Notes under the pieces: model-generated
What the model was told of the DNA's origin: nothing
The model's input: the letters and a program-made list of their open reading frames with translations, nothing else
Database searches by the model: none
In this document: in pieces, positions 15,448 to 24,216 of the stretch
Layout: every line of letters begins with the position of its first letter
How positions within the stretch are numbered: the stretch's first letter is position 1
NCBI GenBank assembly: GCA_963832025.1
Contig: CAWHSF010000002.1
Span: 17,496-81,495, forward strand
Reading direction: 5' to 3'
DNA from: Candidatus Nomurabacteria bacterium
GTDB taxonomy: Bacteria; Patescibacteriota; Minisyncoccia; Phycocordibacterales; UBA9973
Length of the DNA: 64,000 nucleotides
Program-made: the position numbers and the translations under genes

Positions 15448-18426
15448 CTATAGAACGATGTTGATAAGTCTATTTTTTACGTAAATAACTTTCTTAATGT
15501 TCCGACCAGCTGTGTATTTTGAAATAAGTTCGTAAGAAATCGCTTGTTTTTTTATTTCCTCTTCGCTCTCATTGATATCTATTATAATCTCCGCTCTGAC
15601 TTTTCCATTTATCTGAATTATAATTTTTAATTTTTCATCTTGCATTAAACTTTCATCCGCCTGTGGCCAACCGGCAAGGTTGATAGAATTTTTTTGGCCG
15701 AGCATGTTCCATAATTCTTCCGTCACATATGGCGCAAAAGGTGAAAGAATTTGCAAGAATTTTTTATAGTCTTCCAAAGAAACGCTTTCTGCTTTTTCCA
15801 TTTCGGTCGCCAGTATCATCATGGAAGAAATGGCTGTATTAAAATGCATTTCTTCAATGTCCTCGGAAACTTTTTTGATAGTTTTTTGCAAAAGTTTTGA
15901 AACAGAAAAATTCTGAGTTGCTGAGCCTGCATGCTTTTGCGAAGGAGTGGCTGAGCGTAGCGAGGGACCGAGCGACTGAGCAAAAGTATCAGGCGAAGCA
16001 AGTTTCGCTCGGATTCTCCAAACTTTTTCGATAAATCTCCTAGAACCAATAATGCTTTCTGTGGACCAAGCAACCGATTGACTAAATGGCCCCATAAACA
16101 TTTCATACACGCGTAAAGTATCCGCTCCATAAGTTTTTACAATCTCATCCGGATTAATCACATTACCAAGCGATTTGGACATCTTTACTCCCCCTTCACC
16201 CAAGATCATTCCGTGTGAAGTGCGCTTTTTATACGGCTCGGATGTCGGCACCAGTTTTAAATCATATAAAAATTTATGCCAAAAGCGTGAATATAAAAGG
16301 TGAAGTGTGGTGTGTTCATTTCCTCCATTGTACCAATCAACTGGTATCCAATACTTTAAATTTTTCTTGCCTGCAAAAGCTTTTGTATTTTTTGGGTCAG
16401 TGTAGCGAAGATAATACCAGCTTGAACCGGCCCAGTTTGGCATGGTATCCGTTTCCCTCTTGGCAGGGCCTTTGCATTTTGGGCATTTTGTATTCACCCA
16501 TTTGGTAATATTTGCAAGCGGCGATTCTCCTGAATCCGTAGGTTGATAATTTTTTACTTTCGGAAGTTCTACCGGTAGATATTTTTCAGGGACAGGAACA
16601 ATTCCGCATTTCACACAATGTACGACCGGTATCGGCTCTCCCCAATAACGCTGACGAGAAAAAACCCAATCGCGAAGTTTGAAAGTTGTTTTTTCTTTTC
16701 CGCCGACAAATTTAATAATTTCTTTTTTGGCTTGTTCAGAATCTTGTCCATTAAATTTTCCAGAATTAGTCAATATTCCATCTTCGGTATAAATCGGAAA
16801 ATTATTATTTAGTTCATTCCAGGAATATCTCTGACTTAGTGGCAAATTAAATTTTTCTATCTCATTTTTTGAGAGCCAGACTACTTCGTGATTATCTTTT
16901 TCATTTTGCGCAATGTCTTCTTTTTCCCCATCCTGTAATTCAAAATAAAAAACATCGAAATGCGCAAATCTATTTAGATTTTTCGGAATATGGAAAAATT
17001 CACTATGACTTTTACCCAATTGTTTAATTAATTTTGGGCGTAAATAACCTGTTTCTTCTTTAATCTCCATGATTGCTCCTTCCACTGGAGTTTGTCCATT
17101 TTCGGGTCCCCCAGTTATGAAAGTTTCCCAATCAACTTTTTTCCACTTCAACCCAAGATATTTGTCCTCGGACCAATGTTTTACAATTGCCATTATTGCG
17201 TTACGCTCAACAATAGGTAGACTATCTCTTACCGCATCTAGTCCAGAACGCGAAACATAAACCGGTTCAATAACATTTTTTATCTCCAAACCATATTTTT
17301 TTGCAAATTCAAAATCTCTTTCGTCGTGCGCCGGCACTGCCATAATTGCACCTGTGCCATAAGTCGCGAGTACGTAATCTGCAATCCAAACTGGAATTTC
17401 TTCTTTGGTCGCCGGGTTAATAGCCTTGATGCCTTTTAGTTCAACGCCGGTTTTTGTTTTTTCTTCGGCTGTACGTTCAATATCTGTTTTATTTTTTACT
17501 TCTTTTATATATTTTTCAACTTCCGCCCAATTTTTTATTTGATCTTTTAACTTATTAACTAATTGGTGTTCTGGCGCCAATACCAAATATGTCGCTCCAA
17601 AAATTGTATCTGGACGTGTTGTGAAAACTTTAACAGCTGTAGAGCCTGCATGCTTTTGCGAAGGAGTGGCTGAGCGTAGCGAGGGACCGAGCGACTGAGC
17701 AAAAGCATCAGGCGAGACAGCTGTAGAAAATTCAATTTCCGCTCCTTCGGACTTTCCTATCCAGTTTCTTTGCGCCAGTTTTATTTGTGGTAAATAATCC
17801 ACATCATCCAAATCTTTATCCAATCGCTCGGCGTATTTTGTAATGGCGAGCATCCATTGTTCTTTCTCTCGTTTTTCTACTGGAGTGCCACAACGTTCAC
17901 AACACCCAGCGACAACTTCTTCATTAGCTAAACCGGTTTTATCTTTCGGACACCAATTAATTGCGATTTTCGCTTTATATGCCAAACCTTTTTTCAAAAA
18001 CTGTAAAAAAATCCATTGAGTCCATTTGTAGTATTTCGGGTCAGTAGTATTTACTTCCCTGGACCAATCAAAAGAAACTCCCAGAGATTTTATCTGCCGA
18101 CGAAAAGTATCGCTATTTTTTTTGGTAACGACTCGAGGATCAAGACCCGTTTTTATCGCGTAATTTTCTGTCGGCAAGCCAAAAGCGTCCCAGCCGATTG
18201 GATACAAAACATTATACCCTTCCAATCTTCTTTTTCTGGAAATGACATCCATGCCGATGTATGGCCTTGGATGCCCGACGTGCAGTCCATCACCCGAAGG
18301 ATAAGGAAATTCAATCAGACTATAATATTTCGGTTTTTTGGAAAAATCTTTGGCTTTGTATATCTGCTTTTTATCCCAAATATTTTTCCACTTTTTTTCA
18401 ATTTTTAAATGATTATATTCCTTCAC
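15448..18426 (-). CDS. leuS: Leucyl-tRNA synthetase carrying three insertions (two repeat-derived peptides and a Nudix-like domain)
   Basis: 992 aa with HIGH (HVGHPRPY), KMSKS (VKMSKSLGN), CP1 editing motifs TTRPDTIFGATY and AVPAHDERDFEFAKKYG, and RDWVFSRQRYWGEPIP. Confidence 0.93.
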   Translation of the reverse strand: MKEYNHLKIEKKWKNIWDKKQIYKAKDFSKKPKYYSLIEFPYPSGDGLHVGHPRPYIGMDVISRKRRLEGYNVLYPIGWDAFGLPTENYAIKTGLDPRVVTKKNSDTFRRQIKSLGVSFDWSREVNTTDPKYYKWTQWIFLQFLKKGLAYKAKIAINWCPKDKTGLANEEVVAGCCERCGTPVEKREKEQWMLAITKYAERLDKDLDDVDYLPQIKLAQRNWIGKSEGAEIEFSTAVSPDAFAQSLGPSLRSATPSQKHAGSTAVKVFTTRPDTIFGATYLVLAPEHQLVNKLKDQIKNWAEVEKYIKEVKNKTDIERTAEEKTKTGVELKGIKAINPATKEEIPVWIADYVLATYGTGAIMAVPAHDERDFEFAKKYGLEIKNVIEPVYVSRSGLDAVRDSLPIVERNAIMAIVKHWSEDKYLGLKWKKVDWETFITGGPENGQTPVEGAIMEIKEETGYLRPKLIKQLGKSHSEFFHIPKNLNRFAHFDVFYFELQDGEKEDIAQNEKDNHEVVWLSKNEIEKFNLPLSQRYSWNELNNNFPIYTEDGILTNSGKFNGQDSEQAKKEIIKFVGGKEKTTFKLRDWVFSRQRYWGEPIPVVHCVKCGIVPVPEKYLPVELPKVKNYQPTDSGESPLANITKWVNTKCPKCKGPAKRETDTMPNWAGSSWYYLRYTDPKNTKAFAGKKNLKYWIPVDWYNGGNEHTTLHLLYSRFWHKFLYDLKLVPTSEPYKKRTSHGMILGEGGVKMSKSLGNVINPDEIVKTYGADTLRVYEMFMGPFSQSVAWSTESIIGSRRFIEKVWRIRAKLASPDTFAQSLGPSLRSATPSQKHAGSATQNFSVSKLLQKTIKKVSEDIEEMHFNTAISSMMILATEMEKAESVSLEDYKKFLQILSPFAPYVTEELWNMLGQKNSINLAGWPQADESLMQDEKLKIIIQINGKVRAEIIIDINESEEEIKKQAISYELISKYTAGRNIKKVIYVKNRLINIVL
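15923..15996. repeat. 74-bp palindromic element, in-frame copy 1 in leuS (C-terminal region)
   Basis: GAGCCTGCATGCTTTTGCGAAGGAGTGGCTGAGCGTAGCGAGGGACCGAGCGACTGAGCAAAAGTATCAGGCGA. It is 73/74 identical to 17642-17715 and encodes SPDTFAQSLGPSLRSATPSQKHAGS. Confidence 0.92.
16780..17262 (-). other. Nudix-hydrolase-like insertion domain within the LeuRS CP1 editing domain
   Basis: GGPENGQTPVEGAIMEIKEETGY (nt 17046-17114) fits the Nudix box GX5EX7REUXEEXGU except for E->Q and R->M. It lies between the conserved LeuRS motifs FAKKYGLEIKNVIEP and GILTNSGKFNG. Confidence 0.7.
17642..17715. repeat. 74-bp palindromic element, in-frame copy 2 in leuS (entry to CP1 domain)
   Basis: Same sequence as 15923-15996 apart from one transition. 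It encodes SPDAFAQSLGPSLRSATPSQKHAGS between GAEIEF and VKVFTTRPDT. Confidence 0.92.
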
Positions 18427-18488
18427 AATTCAATCATTGTATCTAAAAAACCGCCTTTTTGCAAAGACGGTTTTTCTTTATAGAGTTT

Positions 18489-19415
18489 TTATTGAGCTGG
18501 TATGAAGGGTACTTTTTTGTATTGAGATAGTGGAATAGCTTCGGTAAAACAATAACGCCCTGCTGGATGACTCCACGTACTATATGCATTAGGAACTATC
18601 TCTTCGTTTTCTTGGGCTGTTGAATCTTTATTAAACACTGCGCACAAAGAATATGCTTTTGCGCTTTGACCAATCAAATGATATTCGTAAGAATTTTTGG
18701 TCTGAGGGTCTGTCGGTGGAACATAATAATTATTTGAACTAGATAAATCAGAGATGGAACCTGGAATAGAACCGTTCAGTTGATAATATTCTTGTACTTG
18801 ATTATTTATGTTTTGCAAATCCGAAATTCTCTGCTCATCATATTTTAATAATTGCTGTGTGCGAGGTGAACCAAGCACAGAAAAACCCCAAACAATTGAA
18901 CCCAAAATCAGTACACAGAAAATTCCCGTCCAGATTTTTCGAAGCTTAGAGTCTAACCTCCCCATAGAATCAAAAATATAGTAAAGGAATATAGCCAGAG
19001 CAATAATAAAAACCGTTATAATTTTCAAGACAAATCCCGTAGTCAATTCTTGTCCATCAATAAAATAATAAAGAATGGTCACTAAATCGCCGGCAATCGC
19101 CAGTCCGGCGAAAAACAAAGTTATATATGTCAACCATTTACGCACACTTAAATTTCTCTTTTCCGGAACAGCTCTATAGCTCCTTTCCAGAAGCCACATC
19201 AGTAAAATATAAATTGGGGAAAAAATAATCAATGTTGAAACAGGAAAACTGATTGAATAGGAAGAATAATCGTAATAATTCGAACCGGTCACTAACGGAT
19301 AAGCTTTATTGATAACCGTGAAAAGTAAATCGACCAAATTAAAAACAATTGTTCCTAAAGCGACGATTGCACCTAAATTTATAAAAAAATCTTTGGCACT
19401 TGTTTTTGTTTCCAT
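18489..19415 (-). CDS. Hypothetical polytopic membrane protein with soluble C-terminal domain
   Basis: 308 aa. Several TM helices in the N-terminal two thirds are followed by a hydrophilic C-terminal domain (YYVPPTDPQTKNSYEY...). I do not recognise a family with confidence. Confidence 0.55.
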   Translation of the reverse strand: METKTSAKDFFINLGAIVALGTIVFNLVDLLFTVINKAYPLVTGSNYYDYSSYSISFPVSTLIIFSPIYILLMWLLERSYRAVPEKRNLSVRKWLTYITLFFAGLAIAGDLVTILYYFIDGQELTTGFVLKIITVFIIALAIFLYYIFDSMGRLDSKLRKIWTGIFCVLILGSIVWGFSVLGSPRTQQLLKYDEQRISDLQNINNQVQEYYQLNGSIPGSISDLSSSNNYYVPPTDPQTKNSYEYHLIGQSAKAYSLCAVFNKDSTAQENEEIVPNAYSTWSHPAGRYCFTEAIPLSQYKKVPFIPAQ

Positions 19416-20323
19416 TACTCTATTTTACTCCAAACTGCTGTATTTGCCAACGAAATTAAACGTTTGTTGGATTTTTCTAAAATACAAAGTTCTCCTGCTT
19501 CTACAACCCCTTTAAATTCCTTCATCGTTTCAGAAAGAGCATAACCGAGCGAAAGTGATGAAGAATCAACCGCGTAAGAAGTCAAAATTACAAAAAGTGG
19601 TTTTTCGCTTAAAACTTTTTGCACCGCAAGTAAAAGTTTGGGCAACATATCTTCCAATTTCCAAATTTCGCCTTTCGGCCCTCTCCCAAATTTAGGCGGG
19701 TCCATAATTATCGCATCATATTTATTTCCTCTCTTCGCTTCTCTTTCCATAAATTTTAAGACATCGTCTTCAATAATTCTTAAAGGTAAATTTTCTAGAC
19801 CGGAAATTTTCTGATTTTCTTTTAACCAATTCAAGGTTTGTTTTGATGCATCTACATGTGTCACTTCCGCACCAGCACGAAGCGCAAAAAGGCTCGCAAC
19901 TCCAGTGTAGCCAAATAAATTCAAAACCTTATGCGGACGAAAATGCGAAGAATTCTTCGCATTTTCGTCCGCCAACCTTTCCTCTATGAAATCCCAATGG
20001 CTTGCCTGCTCCGGAAAAAATCCCAAATGCCGAAATGGCGTCGGCATTGCCAAAAATTTTATTCCTTTGTATTCCATTTCCCATTTATCTGTAATCTTTT
20101 TTTCAAATTTCCAACCGGCTTTCGCACCAATTTTAGAACTCCAAAATTTTCCGTCCGCTTTCGCCCACCCCTCCTCTCTCAAAGTTTTTTGCCAAACCGC
20201 ATCTTCGTACGGACGCACAAAAAGATATTTACCGAATCGCTCCAGCTTTTCCCCTTCGCCGGTGTCTAAAAGCTCATAGTCCAACCAATCCTTTGAATAA
20301 AAAATTTTAATTTGATTTTCCAT
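19415..20323 (-). CDS. Class I SAM-dependent methyltransferase (RlmI/RlmK-like)
   Basis: 302 aa with SAM-binding LNLFGYTGVASLFALRAGAEVTHVD and DAIIMDPPKFG. Confidence 0.75.
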   Translation of the reverse strand: MENQIKIFYSKDWLDYELLDTGEGEKLERFGKYLFVRPYEDAVWQKTLREEGWAKADGKFWSSKIGAKAGWKFEKKITDKWEMEYKGIKFLAMPTPFRHLGFFPEQASHWDFIEERLADENAKNSSHFRPHKVLNLFGYTGVASLFALRAGAEVTHVDASKQTLNWLKENQKISGLENLPLRIIEDDVLKFMEREAKRGNKYDAIIMDPPKFGRGPKGEIWKLEDMLPKLLLAVQKVLSEKPLFVILTSYAVDSSSLSLGYALSETMKEFKGVVEAGELCILEKSNKRLISLANTAVWSKIE

Positions 20324-21200
20324 GATTGTATTTTAATTTTAGATTCTCTGTAAGAAATAATACACCAAAGAAAAAGAAAAAGAGCGAAGTGCTTTGCCAG
20401 ATGGTCGGAATTTGATGAAAAATTATAAATGCAAAAAATAGTGTGAAAAGTGGTCCGATGCTGTTTAAGGCATTTGCTTTAGTCACGGATATGCGAGCGA
20501 TACCTTCCAACCAAAAAGCCTTAGACAGTCCTAAAATAATAAAACCATTTAATAGAATAAACCAAAAAGATTCCTTTATTTGCTGTAAAACAAGATGTTG
20601 ACCAAAGATATAAGCAATTAAAAGGATAAGTGGGGCTGCAACGATGCTACGTAAAAACAAAATACTTTCTATCGAAAAGGTTTTCGTGGCTTTTTGTTGG
20701 AAAAAATTTCCTATTGGCGCGCAGAAAGTCGCTATTAGAATAAATAAATCTCCTAAATTTAAAGAAGAAAAGTTAGGAGCAAGCACGATAACTGCTCCGA
20801 TAACCATTAATGTGGCTCCAATCTTTGATTCCAAGGAAAAAGGTTCTTTTCGAATGAGATTAAAAAATAAAAAAGAAGTACAAATTTCAAATAGAGCTAT
20901 GATACTGGCGTTTCCTGAAGTAGTTTTTGTTAATCCGAAATAATAAAAAACATAATATAAAATACCAATTGAAAATACAATCCAAAAAATATATTTCCAC
21001 AAAAGTGGATTTTTAAGTTCTGAAAATTTCTTTTTATAAATTACTATTACTAGAAAAAAGATACTGACAAAAAAAGTACTAAGGGCAAGTGAAATCATAC
21101 TCGGAAGTTCTATATACGATAAAATCGTTATTATAGGAAAAAAACTCCATATTATAGCTCCGCCAAATGTAAACAATTCTCCTTTGTGTTCTGGTTTCAT
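20307..21200 (-). CDS. EamA/DMT-family transporter
   Basis: 297 aa with ten predicted TM helices and two EamA-like halves. Confidence 0.7.
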   Translation of the reverse strand: MKPEHKGELFTFGGAIIWSFFPIITILSYIELPSMISLALSTFFVSIFFLVIVIYKKKFSELKNPLLWKYIFWIVFSIGILYYVFYYFGLTKTTSGNASIIALFEICTSFLFFNLIRKEPFSLESKIGATLMVIGAVIVLAPNFSSLNLGDLFILIATFCAPIGNFFQQKATKTFSIESILFLRSIVAAPLILLIAYIFGQHLVLQQIKESFWFILLNGFIILGLSKAFWLEGIARISVTKANALNSIGPLFTLFFAFIIFHQIPTIWQSTSLFFFFFGVLFLTENLKLKYNHGKSN

Positions 21201-22189
21201 ATTAAGAATTCAATAACATCCCCGTCTTCTACGATATAATCTTTGCCTTCGGTGCGTACCCATCCATGCTCGCGCGCTTTCGCAAAACTCCCGGCCAAAA
21301 TTAATTGTTCATAAGACACGACTTCCGCGCGGATAAATTTGTCGCGAAAATCCGTGTGAATTGCCATGCCAGCAACTGGTGCAGTGGAACCGATTTTTAT
21401 TGTCCAAGCTCGCGTCTCATCTTCTCCGGTTGTGAGAAATGTTTCTAAGCCTAAAAGTTTATAACTCTGTTTTATTAAGTCGTCAAAACCGGACTCAAAA
21501 ACAGGGTCTATCTTTACCGACAGGCCGGGTGCGGTGAAATTAATATTTTCACTGGCTTCCGAAGTGTTCAAAACATACAACATTGGTTTTAATGTCAACA
21601 AGTTTAAAGATTTTATTTTGAATTTTTCTTCTTCGGTCAAATTTGCTTCAGTCGCGAAATGACCTTCGGTTAAAACTTTTTCTACTCTTTGTAAAATTTT
21701 ATTTTCTAAAACGGCTTCTTTATCGTTCTTTTTTAAATCTCTGCCGAGACTAGAAATTCTTTTTGTGACAACTTCCATATCGGCCAACACAAGTTCAAGA
21801 TTTATGATTCCGACATCTTGCATAGGGTCAACTTTATTTGCCACGTGAATCACGGAATTGTCTTGGAAAGTTCGCACGACATGCGCAATGGCATCCACTT
21901 CTCGAATGTTGGTTAGAAATTTATTTCCCAGACCTTCCCCCTTTGAGGCTCCCGCAACAAGACCGGCAATATCCACAAATTCAATAACTGCCGGAATGGT
22001 TTTTTTTGATTTAGAAAAATCCGAGAGTTTTTGTACTCTTTCATCAGGCACTGGCACGATTCCTACTGAAGGGTCAATAGTGCAAAAAGGATAATTTTCT
22101 GCCGGCACACTTTTCTTGGTCAGCGCGTTAAAAAGCGTGGATTTACCCACGTTTGGCAGACCGACAATTCCGATTGATAGTGAAGACAT
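21197..22189 (-). CDS. ychF: Redox-regulated ATPase YchF (short form)
   Basis: [19 protein letters not shown]-loop, FCTIDP, DIAGLV, and a C-terminal TGS-like [15 protein letters not shown]. Confidence 0.88.
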   Translation of the reverse strand: MSSLSIGIVGLPNVGKSTLFNALTKKSVPAENYPFCTIDPSVGIVPVPDERVQKLSDFSKSKKTIPAVIEFVDIAGLVAGASKGEGLGNKFLTNIREVDAIAHVVRTFQDNSVIHVANKVDPMQDVGIINLELVLADMEVVTKRISSLGRDLKKNDKEAVLENKILQRVEKVLTEGHFATEANLTEEEKFKIKSLNLLTLKPMLYVLNTSEASENINFTAPGLSVKIDPVFESGFDDLIKQSYKLLGLETFLTTGEDETRAWTIKIGSTAPVAGMAIHTDFRDKFIRAEVVSYEQLILAGSFAKAREHGWVRTEGKDYIVEDGDVIEFLI

Positions 22190-22373
22190 TGATATCTGTT
22201 ACAGGAATGTAACCATAAACTTGTAATCTTTCCCTTGTGCGCTCATTAAAACTAATACCCATAAAATTTAGAGGAAGATAACCTGAGGAATAGAACCACA
22301 GGCCGAAAAGAAAATCCCCTAAAATTAGTCCAGCTCCAAACTTTGCTAAATCATGAAGAGTAGATTTTTGCAT
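22143..22373 (-). CDS. Hypothetical small membrane protein (weak call; 3' end overlaps ychF start)
   Basis: 76-aa ORF with a hydrophobic segment GAGLILGDFLFGLWFY. It overlaps ychF by 47 nt and matches no recognisable family. Confidence 0.3.
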   Translation of the reverse strand: MQKSTLHDLAKFGAGLILGDFLFGLWFYSSGYLPLNFMGISFNERTRERLQVYGYIPVTDINVFTINRNCRSAKRG

Positions 22374-22437
22374 AAAAAATATTTTATTAATTTATAATAA
22401 ATACATTACATTTTTCAAATATAGCAAAAAATTCAGA

Positions 22438-22653
22438 CTATGCCAATTTTTTGAGTTCACTTTCGTACTTTTTCATGACCTGCATTCCAGCGTCCATTTG
22501 ACTCATTCCGCTTTTCATTTTTTCTTGTATTTCCTCGGCAATCGTCTTGAACAGCTCCGGATTTTTTTCCATCATCCCTATAAACATATCTATCTGTGCT
22601 TCAGGAACCCCTTGGGTGCGAAGCATTTTTTTAAGTAAAAAATTTTTAAACAT
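22438..22653 (-). CDS. Hypothetical small Met/Lys-rich helical protein
   Basis: 71-aa ORF filling the gap between flanking genes. No family recognised. Confidence 0.45.
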   Translation of the reverse strand: MFKNFLLKKMLRTQGVPEAQIDMFIGMMEKNPELFKTIAEEIQEKMKSGMSQMDAGMQVMKKYESELKKLA

Positions 22654-22671
22654 GATTTTGTTATCATAACA

Positions 22672-24177
22672 TTACTCATCCAGAATTTCAAAATCACTTC
22701 CATCTTCTTTTGGAGCAACCTTTTTCCGACGGATGAAATACACGGCATAAGCAGAAGCTCCAATAAGAACAAAAGAGGTAATAAAAATTAATATCTTTCG
22801 CAGAGAGAAACTTGGGGTTGGATTATTGGAATTTTCAACATCATTTTGCAAGGCTTTAGCAGTTAGGCTGTTTACGGCAGGAATATCCATCCCAGACGTT
22901 GGACGTCTAGAAGCTTCCAGACGTCCAACGTCTGTAGGTTTATCCACAGTAGCAGTCATAATTGGGACAGTTGGTGGAGATAAGTAATCAAAAATTATAT
23001 TCCCTTGTGAGTCACTTAATTTTAAAGTATTTTCATCTGCGATGGAGAAATTTGTAATTTTTGGAGAAAGTGTAATCTTATCTTTTGAAGCCACTATTGT
23101 ATTTTTCGGAAAAACAAAACTTTTTTGTGTGCTGGATAAAATCCAACCGGAAATATCTGCACTGTAAGATGTGTTGTTGGTAAGTTCGACAAAAAAATCT
23201 CTACTGTCGCCGACATTGGAGATAGAAATATCTGCAGGAATTATTTTTACATCAATTTGATCGGTTGCATCGGGAATAAGATTCCCGGAATAATAATTTT
23301 CATAATAATCGAGAGAGACAACATAATCTCCCGTATAATAAAATGTGTGAGAAAAAGTTTTGCTATTGGTTAAATCAATTTCCTTTGAGTCTCCGTCACC
23401 AAAATTCCAAAAGTATTTTCCGAAAAATATTTTTTCTCCACCATATCCAGTTGTCGTAGCGTTGAAAGAAACGGGAATGCCAACAAAGTTAATTACTTGT
23501 CCTATGATTTTAGTTTTAATATTTGGTGACTCTGCCTGATTTTGACTCGTTGTGGCAGAAGTGACCGTGGGAGAAGAGCTATTATTTACAACGTTATTTG
23601 CCGGCAAACCACCTCCGACGACTGCATCTGAAGAGGTAGAAGAAACAACCGTATTTGCTGAAACATTTGCGACCCCTGGAGTCGGCGTAGCCCCCACCCA
23701 AGAACCATTTATTAGTTGTAAAGAATTCCCATCACCGGCTCCGCCCTCACTCGAAGTATAAGTTACAGAATCTACGACATTGCCATCTTGGTCTAAAATT
23801 TTTAATGTCGCACCGTTATTGTTTAAACTTGTGATACCTGTGTCATAGACTGTGCCGGAAAAATTTGGATTGTCCGCTAAAAAAGTATCTTTATCTCCGG
23901 CAAAAACAACATAGCTGTTTGCAGGAATAGAAAAATCTGTTTCATCATTTATCGTTCTGTTGGCAGAGCCGTCATAAATTCTCCACTTCGAAGCATCGAC
24001 AGAAACGGCACTTCCGTCAGGATTGTAAACTTCAACCCACTCTCCACTTTTACTATTTGTGGAATCCGACCCAGACAAATCGTACATGATTTCATCAATT
24101 GAAAGGCTCGCAAAAACCAAGTGATAAGAAAAAAAGAAAATAACACCAGCAAAAACTAAAATAAGTTTTTTAGACAT
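22672..24177 (-). CDS. Surface protein: signal peptide, lamin-tail domain, PKD-like domain, second LTD, C-terminal TM anchor
   Basis: LTD-like region SIDEIMYDLSGSDS...EWVEVYN...NNNGATLKILD, PKD-like YFWNFGDGDS...TGDYVVSL, second LTD FFVELTNNTS...GWIL...LKLSDSQGNI, and C-terminal helix ILIFITSFVLIGASAYAVYFI. Confidence 0.75.
   Translation of the reverse strand: MSKKLILVFAGVIFFFSYHLVFASLSIDEIMYDLSGSDSTNSKSGEWVEVYNPDGSAVSVDASKWRIYDGSANRTINDETDFSIPANSYVVFAGDKDTFLADNPNFSGTVYDTGITSLNNNGATLKILDQDGNVVDSVTYTSSEGGAGDGNSLQLINGSWVGATPTPGVANVSANTVVSSTSSDAVVGGGLPANNVVNNSSSPTVTSATTSQNQAESPNIKTKIIGQVINFVGIPVSFNATTTGYGGEKIFFGKYFWNFGDGDSKEIDLTNSKTFSHTFYYTGDYVVSLDYYENYYSGNLIPDATDQIDVKIIPADISISNVGDSRDFFVELTNNTSYSADISGWILSSTQKSFVFPKNTIVASKDKITLSPKITNFSIADENTLKLSDSQGNIIFDYLSPPTVPIMTATVDKPTDVGRLEASRRPTSGMDIPAVNSLTAKALQNDVENSNNPTPSFSLRKILIFITSFVLIGASAYAVYFIRRKKVAPKEDGSDFEILDE
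22893..22934. repeat. GACGTTGGACGTC palindromic element inserted in-frame in the LTD surface protein
   Basis: CAGACGTTGGACGTCT-agAAGCTTcc-AGACGTCCAACGTCTG encodes TDVGRLEASRRPTSG. It shares its arms and the central AAGCTT with 4802-4849. Confidence 0.88.
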
Positions 24178-24216
24178 TTGTTTTTAAATATGTTTATAAT
24201 ATGTTAAAATCATATC

